57,645 nucleotides of DNA, taken from positions 1-57,645 of the forward strand of contig JBDLTL010000001.1 in NCBI GenBank assembly GCA_039799085.1, read 5' to 3'. Under the pieces are notes generated by a model. The model searched no databases. It had not been told where the DNA came from and saw only the letters and a program-made list of their open reading frames with translations. The stretch comes from Candidatus Parcubacteria bacterium (lineage in GTDB: Bacteria > Patescibacteriota > Minisyncoccia > Phycocordibacterales > UBA918). The number at the start of each line of letters is the position of its first letter. The first letter of the stretch is position 1. The position numbers and the translations under genes were made by a program. Of the stretch, positions 51,838-57,645 are shown one piece after another.

Positions 51838-51969
51838 GGTAGTACCCTCCAAATGTACAGTCTCTTCCCTGCCATCCAAGCAAGGAAGCATGTTATATCT
51901 CGAGTATCGAAAAAAGACAACTCCAAGTAAAAACTTGTCACATTCTACTTTAGTGCCTACAATGAAAAA

Positions 51970-53517
51970 ATGGTTATTGGAGTAGATAAAATCATTGGGC
52001 AAATCCGCCACCTTACCCCTGCCGACAAGGCGCTTATTGAACGTGCTTACGAATTTGCGGAAAAGGCACACGCGAACCACAAGCGGTACTCAGGCGATCC
52101 GTACATGATACACGTCGCTGATGTCGGCTTTAAGCTCGCCGCTATGGGCATGCAACCTTCTACCATTGCAGCCGGCCTCCTCCATGACACAGTCGAAGAC
52201 ACTGAAGTAACCACCACAGATATTAAAGAGCAGTTTGGTGAAGAAATCCTCTTTCTCGTAGATGGTGTTACCAAACTATCTTCTGTTCGCTACCACGGTA
52301 CTGACCGACACAACGAGAGCCTTCGTAAACTCTTCGTGGCAACTAGTCAGGATATCCGCGTCCTCATCATCAAGCTCGTCGACAGACTCCACAATCTCGA
52401 GACCCTTCACCACATTCCTGCCGAAAAACAGCTTCGTATCGCCCGCGAGACGCTTGAAATCCATGTTCCTGTCGCTCACCGCCTTGGTATGGGTAAGCTC
52501 CGCAAGGAACTTGAAGACTTGGCGTTTCCCTACGTATATCCCGAAGAAGCAAAACGTGTCGAAGCACTTCTCAAGCAACGTGCCGGCAAAAGTCAGGAGC
52601 TCCTAGAACGTGAACGAAAAATTCTTCAAAAACGCCTTGTCGATTCTGGACTCAAGGGATTCAACACCTTCTATCGAGTGAAGGGGCTTTACAGTCTCTA
52701 TCATAAGCTCAAAAGAAAAGAATGGGACATCAATGCTGTTTATGATCTTCTTGCCATGCGAGTCGTCGTGGAAAATATGGAAGATTGCTACCGTGTCCTT
52801 GGTATCGTACACGAGCTTTGGCGTCCACTTCCTAAGCGTGTAAAAGACTACATCGCCTTCCCTAAACCAAACGGGTACCAATCAATCCACACCACCGTCA
52901 CCACCCAAAACGGTGTCATCATGGAGATCCAAATCCGCACGAAGCGTATGCATCAAGAATCTGAATTCGGTGTGGCTTCTCACATCCTCTACAAGCAACC
53001 TGAAGTCACTGACAAAGTTGAGAAACCTTCAGTGTTTGCTTCTCTCATTCCTTCACTCTTCCGACCATTTCGTGCTCGTGCACTAGCCAGTGAACAGATT
53101 GATACTGCAAAAGCTGAGCCTCATCACCACAAAATCCCTCGCTGGATTTCACAAATTGGTCAAGTATATAACGAAACAAAACACTCTACCCAAAATTTCG
53201 TCGAGGACATGCAATCGGACTTCTTCTCAAACCGAATCTTTGTCTTCACCCCGATTGGCGACGTTGTCGACCTACCCGTCGGTGCTACGCCGATTGACTT
53301 TGCGTACGCGATTCACTCCGAAGTCGGAGATCATACAGCATCTGCAAAAATTAATAAAAAAATGGTCCAGCTTGATACTGAGCTTAAAAATGGTGACATT
53401 GTAGAAATTGAGACACGAAAATCTGCCCGCCCATCACCAAAATGGCTCGACTTTGCAAAAACTTCGCTGGCCAGACGACGTATCAGAAGCGCTCTTGAAG
53501 AAGGGGCTACACAGTAA
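51970..53517 (+). CDS. rel: Bifunctional (p)ppGpp synthetase/hydrolase, RelA/SpoT homologue
   Basis: HD domain (HDTVEDT), synthetase block (YRVKGLYSLYHKLKRK, DLLAMRVV, GYQSIHT), and a C-terminal TGS-like region (F.FTP.G). Confidence 0.92.
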   Translation: MVIGVDKIIGQIRHLTPADKALIERAYEFAEKAHANHKRYSGDPYMIHVADVGFKLAAMGMQPSTIAAGLLHDTVEDTEVTTTDIKEQFGEEILFLVDGVTKLSSVRYHGTDRHNESLRKLFVATSQDIRVLIIKLVDRLHNLETLHHIPAEKQLRIARETLEIHVPVAHRLGMGKLRKELEDLAFPYVYPEEAKRVEALLKQRAGKSQELLERERKILQKRLVDSGLKGFNTFYRVKGLYSLYHKLKRKEWDINAVYDLLAMRVVVENMEDCYRVLGIVHELWRPLPKRVKDYIAFPKPNGYQSIHTTVTTQNGVIMEIQIRTKRMHQESEFGVASHILYKQPEVTDKVEKPSVFASLIPSLFRPFRARALASEQIDTAKAEPHHHKIPRWISQIGQVYNETKHSTQNFVEDMQSDFFSNRIFVFTPIGDVVDLPVGATPIDFAYAIHSEVGDHTASAKINKKMVQLDTELKNGDIVEIETRKSARPSPKWLDFAKTSLARRRIRSALEEGATQ

Positions 53518-54685
53518 AGTTGTGCATTGAGTAGAGGTCGCTGTCGTCCTCTTCAGCCTCAAGAGGAATCTCCTCAGCAATTTCGTCTGGAATTTCTGGC
53601 ACAACGACAGCTTCACTAATCGCAGCTAGCGACTCAACGGACAAGGATGTGTTCTCATGCTGCGTCGGTACCGTATGAAACACCGGTGTAGTCACTTCTG
53701 TCACAAAATTTGGAATTGTATCTGACACTTCTACCATCTCAGATCTCGGTGCAACATCAAGAAATTCGGCAGGCAGAACAGGTGATATTTCAAGGGGTGT
53801 CGCTTCAGAGAGAGCTTCACTAGCCACCACTGCACGAGGAGCAAATGATACTCCCTGCTGTTCAGCTTTCATGCGATTCAAGATAACCTCAAGATCATCA
53901 GTTGAGAAATAGTCGATAGTAAGCTTCCCACCGAAGTCGGTCTTTTGAATCTGTACACGAGTACCGAGGGTCTCAGTAAAACGCTTCTCAATTTCAATAA
54001 GCTGAACGTCAAAGTCATCGGGGTTTCGCTTACGGATTTTGTCTGTCGCAATCTTTCTCGCAATGCGCTCCACTTCTCGAACTGAGAGTTTTTTGAGGAG
54101 AATTTCTTGAAATACGACTTCTTGCTCTTCTTTTCTATCATTGAGCATGAGAAGCGTTCGCGCATGCCCTTCAGAAAGTTTTCCAAGACGAAGCGCATCG
54201 AGCATGTGCGACGGCAACCCAAGGAGACGGATTGAGTTCGACACATACTCTCGACTTCGTCCCATCTTCTGAGCTACCTGAGCGTGTGAGAGCCCGAACA
54301 TATTAGCAAGTTGTTCAAAAGCGAGTGCACGGTCGACAGCATTGAGGTCCTCACGCTGAAGGTTTTCGATAATCGCAAGCTCGAGCTTTTCTTGTTCACT
54401 TTGCTCACCATCGCGAATAATCACCGGCACGAGCGAAACACCAGCAAGCTTACTGGCACGAAGACGTCGCTCACCAGCGATAAGTTCGTACTCAGTGAAG
54501 AATGTTCCATCTTCACGTTGGATTTCTTTACGGGTTACGGTAAGAGGCTGAAGTACGCCATACATGCGAATAGAATCAGCCAACTCTTGTAGCTTGTGCT
54601 GGTCAAATTCGCGTCGTGGTTGAAACGGATTGGGAACAATCTTCTCAACCTCTACCCAGTAAATTGAATCTCCTTGAAATGCCAT
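53507..54685 (-). CDS. parB: ParB/Spo0J partition protein with a roughly 130-aa acidic C-terminal extension
   Basis: I.PNPFQPRREF, GVLQPLTV and IAGERRLRA. Start at MAFQGD. Confidence 0.85.
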   Translation of the reverse strand: MAFQGDSIYWVEVEKIVPNPFQPRREFDQHKLQELADSIRMYGVLQPLTVTRKEIQREDGTFFTEYELIAGERRLRASKLAGVSLVPVIIRDGEQSEQEKLELAIIENLQREDLNAVDRALAFEQLANMFGLSHAQVAQKMGRSREYVSNSIRLLGLPSHMLDALRLGKLSEGHARTLLMLNDRKEEQEVVFQEILLKKLSVREVERIARKIATDKIRKRNPDDFDVQLIEIEKRFTETLGTRVQIQKTDFGGKLTIDYFSTDDLEVILNRMKAEQQGVSFAPRAVVASEALSEATPLEISPVLPAEFLDVAPRSEMVEVSDTIPNFVTEVTTPVFHTVPTQHENTSLSVESLAAISEAVVVPEIPDEIAEEIPLEAEEDDSDLYSMHNFTV

Positions 54686-54802
54686 ATATAGAAAAATACC
54701 CAAGCGGTCCACCTCCAAAATTGGTAGCAAAATGCTCTTGCCGTCATTCTACCACAGACCGTATTCTCGCCCTGTTTATAACTTTGCTTACGATGGGAAA
54801 TT

Positions 54803-54972
54803 ATGGGACTTGGTCACAAGTCACTCCTTTCAGTCGTGCTCGCGACCCCACCTCGCCGACAAGCCCTCGCTTCGTTCGTCTTGTGTACCGGCTCCGGCTT
54901 TGACCTAATTTTCAAGGAGTGAAACGACTATGAAAATGGAAATGCTCTTGTAGTGCAAGTCCCATCTCCAAC
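54803..54972. mobile_element. Composite: T-arm fragment (54803-54812), family-A copy E3 (54813-54901), nested family-B copy B3 (54902-54955), inverted tRNA-Leu 3'-end copy (54956-54972)
   Basis: atgggacttg and caagtcccat(ctccaac) are inverted and match the T-arm/acceptor of tRNA-Leu(CAA) at 55021-55046. B3 sits precisely at the junction that is uninterrupted in copy E1 (41093/41094). Confidence 0.65.
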
Positions 54973-54984
54973 TACAAAATACAA

Positions 54985-55012
54985 CGACCGCAAACTTGGC
55001 AGTTTGCGGTCG
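54985..55012 (-). terminator. Terminator downstream of tRNA-Leu
   Basis: cgaccgcaaact / tggc / agtttgcggtcg, with T-runs on both sides. Confidence 0.75.
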
Positions 55013-55020
55013 GTATTTTG

Positions 55021-55101
55021 TGCTGGAGATGGGACTTGAACCCATAAGCCTTGCGGCATTCGATTTTGAGTCGAACGTGTATACCATTCCACCACTCCAG
55101 C
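55021..55101 (-). tRNA. tRNA-Leu(CAA)
   Basis: GCTGGAG-TG-GTGGAATGGTATACAC-G-TTCGA-CTCAAAA-TCGAA-variable arm-ATGGG-TTCAAGT-CCCAT-CTCCAGC-A. Confidence 0.9.
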
Positions 55102-55202
55102 GAATGCACATGAGTGTAGCAAATAATATCACTTACATCTAGTTTTGCGCCCGCAGTGCAAAGCACTGCGGGCGCATCAGTTCTATATGCTACACTTTTG
55201 GC

Positions 55203-56099
55203 ATGTCAAAACCTAAAGTCATCGCCATTGTAGGACCAACTGCCTCAGGCAAGACTGCTCTTTCAATTGCAATTGCAAAAAAGTTCGGCGGTGAAGTTGT
55301 CTCTGCCGACTCAAGGCAGGTCTACGTTGGCATGGATATCGGCACAGGAAAAATCACTCACGACGAAATGCAAGGGGTTCCTCATCACCTTATCGACATT
55401 GCTGATCCTGTGACTGTTTACACCGGTGCAGACTTTGCTCGAGATGCACACAAAGCTGTCACTGCCATTCACAATCGAGGACACCTTCCCATCGTTGCTG
55501 GTGGTACGTTTTTCTACATCGACCTTCTCCGTGGCAAGATGCAACCAGCACCTGTGGAACCAAACGAAGACTTCCGTAATTCACTCGCCCACTTCAAAGA
55601 TGATGAGCTCTTTGCTCAACTACAAGACAAGGACCCGAAGCGAGCAGAAAACATCGACCCGTTCAATCGTCGTCGCCTCGTACGTGCACTGGAAGTTATT
55701 GAAGCTCTCGGTAGCGTACCTGAACACAAACCAGCTGAATCACCGTACGATTGGCTCATCATCGGTGTTGAAGTACCGAATTCACCGCTCCATGACAAAA
55801 TCCGCGAACGTCTTTTGGTGCGACTCGAAGCCGGCATGATAAAAGAGGTTGAAAATCTCGTTGCACAAGGAGTTTCCTATGAGCGTCTTGATGACCTTGG
55901 TCTTGAGTATCGTTACATTGGTCAATACCTCCAAAAACAACTCACCTACGATGAAATGGTAAACCAACTTGAAACGAAAATTCGTCAGTACGCCAAGCGT
56001 CAACTCACTTGGCTTAAGCGCGACGCAGAAATTGAATGGTATTCCGCGAGCAATCATCCTGCGATTTTCTCCCGTCTTGAGGATTTTCTAAAAGAATAA
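55203..56099 (+). CDS. miaA: tRNA dimethylallyltransferase
   Basis: IAIVGPTASGKT, SADSRQVY.GMDIGT.K and HHLID. Confidence 0.93.
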   Translation: MSKPKVIAIVGPTASGKTALSIAIAKKFGGEVVSADSRQVYVGMDIGTGKITHDEMQGVPHHLIDIADPVTVYTGADFARDAHKAVTAIHNRGHLPIVAGGTFFYIDLLRGKMQPAPVEPNEDFRNSLAHFKDDELFAQLQDKDPKRAENIDPFNRRRLVRALEVIEALGSVPEHKPAESPYDWLIIGVEVPNSPLHDKIRERLLVRLEAGMIKEVENLVAQGVSYERLDDLGLEYRYIGQYLQKQLTYDEMVNQLETKIRQYAKRQLTWLKRDAEIEWYSASNHPAIFSRLEDFLKE

Positions 56100-56168
56100 C
56101 CGTAGTTGATTTTATTGTTCCTTTCGCCTACTATACAGCGACGTTTGGGAAACCAAACTTACATAAGA

Positions 56169-56239
56169 GGGCCTATAGTTCAGTGGTAGAATGCCGGTCT
56201 CCAAAACCGTTGACCGAGGTTCGAATCCTCGTGGGCCCG
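56169..56239 (+). tRNA. tRNA-Trp(CCA)
   Basis: GGGCCTA-TA-GTTCAGTGGTAGAAT-G-CCGGT-CTCCAAA-ACCGT-TGAC-CGAGG-TTCGAAT-CCTCG-TGGGCCC-G. Confidence 0.92.
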
Positions 56240-56247
56240 CGAGTATC

Positions 56248-56274
56248 AAAAACAACCCATGTAGGGTTGTTTTT
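56248..56274 (+). terminator. Terminator after tRNA-Trp
   Basis: aaaaacaaccc / atgta / gggttgttttt. Confidence 0.8.
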
Positions 56275-56280
56275 GTTTGT

Positions 56281-56383
56281 GGGAGCAAGGGCTTGTCGGC
56301 GAGCTGAGGTCGAGGGTACTTAGAAAAATATGAGCGAAACGAAATATTTTACCTAGTAGCTCGTGACTGAATCCTCGTGGGCC
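56281..56383 (+). repeat. Family-A repeat copy E4 (left-truncated) ending in a 15-nt direct repeat of the tRNA-Trp 3' end (56369-56383 = 56223-56237)
   Basis: gggcttgtcggcgag..ggtcgag..acttag....cgtgac is the reverse-complement orientation of the E1-E3 core. It is followed by gaatcctcgtgggcc. Confidence 0.7.
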
Positions 56384-56393
56384 AGCAAAAATA

Positions 56394-56420
56394 AAACTCC
56401 TTTCGTTCCGAGAGGAGTTT
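56394..56420. terminator. Bidirectional terminator
   Basis: aaactccttt(c) / gttcc / (g)agaggagttt, with T-runs on both strands. Confidence 0.7.
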
Positions 56421-56427
56421 ATTTTGC

Positions 56428-57450
56428 TTAATTTGCAAACTTTGCCACACACGCTCTTTGCTTTGGGTGTGGTTCGCTGTCAGTCCCCAACCAAGCACGA
56501 TAGCCATTTTCTGTTTCATAAATACACAGTGCAGCAGCAACATTACACTGCTGGTTTGATGCCGCCGTTCTACACAAAGCAGCCTGAGCTTCCATTCCAG
56601 CTTTTGGCTTTCCTCCTGAATAGGCTTTTGAGCAGTTAAGATCTGTACTTGAATTTACAGCAGCCTTACACTGAGGAAGATTGAGGTTGTGACAACTGTT
56701 ATTGTAGCCAAATACGACCTGGAACATACCACTTGCAGAAGAGTTTGGATTAGGAGCAGGATTATTGTTACAGGTACTCTCCGCTTCAGCAATGCAAGAA
56801 AATACATTTGCTTGTGTAGCATTCATACCCATCGACTGAAGCTTTGCTGGACTACAATCAGCCTTTGTTGAAACACCAGCCGCACCAACCAGAGCTGGAT
56901 CCACTGGACCTAGGGATTCAAGCATTTGTGCCGCAGTAAATACAGGGTCTGCATCAAAAAAGTTTGGCTCAATCTTTGAGCTCGCCTGTTCAGTACACCT
57001 CACCTTCGTCCACGGACCCCAGCCATCAATCTCTCCACTTCCACCCTTCAATAACGTATGGAGCAATGTATCAATTAAGAGCCACGCACAAAGGAAGATA
57101 ATGAGTCCAATGAATGCATTAGTGAAACTCTGTTTGGCTGCCTGGAGAGCACCAGGATTGCCTTCTGTGACAAGCTTGAAGCCAGCTCGGACCGCCAAGA
57201 TCGCGAAGAAGAGGAAAGCCATGCCAAAAAGCCACTTGATGATGGTGTTGGCCATCACCATGAAGTCACAGAGGTCGCAGGTGATACCGGAGCATGGGAC
57301 GAAGCCTTTCCCTTGAATAACCCCTTCTCCGCTGATAGTAGGGTCTTTGAAAGAGTCGGCGATTTGGGATTGAGCAAAACTCGCCGAAACAGAATAAAAG
57401 AAGAAAAAAACGAAAGTAAAGATTAATGCTGCAGCTGTCTTTTTAAACAT
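56428..57450 (-). CDS. T4SS-pilin-like (TrbC/VirB2-type) N-terminal domain fused to a Cys-rich, possibly lysozyme-like C-terminal domain
   Basis: Signal peptide MFKKTAAALIFTFVFFFFYSVSASFA. LVTEGNPGALQAAKQSFTNAFIGLIIFLCAWLLI matches the two-TM ..GNP....AK pilin pattern seen in CPR genomes. The C-terminal AEAES...SGMFQV resembles SLT E-S / G-L-M-Q motifs. Confidence 0.65.
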   Translation of the reverse strand: MFKKTAAALIFTFVFFFFYSVSASFAQSQIADSFKDPTISGEGVIQGKGFVPCSGITCDLCDFMVMANTIIKWLFGMAFLFFAILAVRAGFKLVTEGNPGALQAAKQSFTNAFIGLIIFLCAWLLIDTLLHTLLKGGSGEIDGWGPWTKVRCTEQASSKIEPNFFDADPVFTAAQMLESLGPVDPALVGAAGVSTKADCSPAKLQSMGMNATQANVFSCIAEAESTCNNNPAPNPNSSASGMFQVVFGYNNSCHNLNLPQCKAAVNSSTDLNCSKAYSGGKPKAGMEAQAALCRTAASNQQCNVAAALCIYETENGYRAWLGTDSEPHPKQRACVAKFAN

Positions 57451-57457
57451 AATATCT

Positions 57458-57645
57458 CTATCTTGCACCACCCATATCACAGTGAATGTGATTTGCCCCT
57501 CGCTCATCATTAATAAAAGTAAACCCTGCCGACCGACACAATTGAATGATTTGATCGTAGTTAGCACCGCCCGAAACCGGCTGCAAGTCAACCGCCGTTC
57601 CTACATAATGCTGACTATTCGCACTATGCCCAACACCTTCTGTGT
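57458..57645 (-). CDS. LAS-type zinc peptidase (M15, VanY / D-Ala-D-Ala carboxypeptidase-like), C-terminal part only
   Basis: Hand translation ..SQHYVGTAVDLQP...ANHIHCDMGGAR*. This gives H-x6-D and H-x-H zinc ligands. The gene continues beyond the window. Confidence 0.6.
   Translation of the reverse strand, partial: TEGVGHSANSQHYVGTAVDLQPVSGGANYDQIIQLCRSAGFTFINDERGANHIHCDMGGAR

Noticed and set aside
51838-52080. Longer (174-aa) version of the 51556 ORF overlapping the rel start
   Set aside because: A strong RBS precedes the internal ATG at 51837. The upstream part overlaps the rel coding start on the other strand and looks non-protein-like.
1-57645. CRISPR arrays, rRNA genes, integrase/transposase/reverse-transcriptase genes, and alternative genetic code (UGA recoding)
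   Set aside because: No spaced direct-repeat array was seen, and no rRNA-like sequence. No ORF carries recombinase, transposase or RT motifs. Long conserved genes are uninterrupted under the standard code, and a tRNA-Trp(CCA) is present, so there is no sign of code 4/25.

Overview
All calls below were made by eye from the sequence and the ORF track; no searches or folding programs were run.

The window is a densely packed bacterial chromosome segment. Most genes are on the minus strand, G+C is in the mid-40s % by hand count, and the standard genetic code fits.

The gene content looks like a reduced-genome Patescibacteria/CPR (Parcubacteria-like) organism. Housekeeping genes include groES-groEL, secG, RNase J, topA, serS, dnaX, dprA, miaA, dus, parB, rel, htpX/lemA and htrA. 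There are two DsbA-like proteins, many small membrane proteins and a T4SS-pilin-like protein. There are no biosynthetic operons, no CRISPR array, and no transposase or integrase gene.

The most unusual content is non-coding and lies at every tRNA locus in the window:
- **Family B.** A roughly 55-nt repeat is present in 3 clear copies plus 1 degenerate copy. One copy sits exactly between T-loop nucleotides 55 and 56 of an otherwise perfect tRNA-Ser(CGA). Another is nested at the equivalent junction inside a second repeat family.
- **Family A.** A roughly 90-150-nt repeat is present in 4 copies at tRNA-Gln (two), tRNA-Leu and tRNA-Trp. Each copy abuts a duplicated copy of the T-loop-to-acceptor 3' part of the neighbouring tRNA.
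- **Split tRNA-Ser.** A third tRNA-Ser appears to be split into a 5' piece and a 3' piece about 300 nt apart. Between them lies an intact tRNA-Ser(GGA) whose acceptor stem is extended by a 14-bp inverted repeat.
- **tRNA-Gln 5' side.** A 138-nt hairpin-rich element is bounded by a perfect 21-bp direct repeat of the tRNA-Gln 5' end, breaking in the D-loop.

Taken together these suggest a previously undescribed family of small non-autonomous elements or intervening sequences that target the tRNA elbow (T-loop/D-loop).

Secondary points of interest:
- a G+C-rich gene fusing an OmpR-type winged helix to a DUF1153-like domain, probably foreign
- a pair of orphan paralogues with their own promoters next to a DnaQ-like exonuclease
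- a divergent ATP-grasp gene and unknown gene
- a pilin-like/lysozyme-like fusion next to an M15 peptidase
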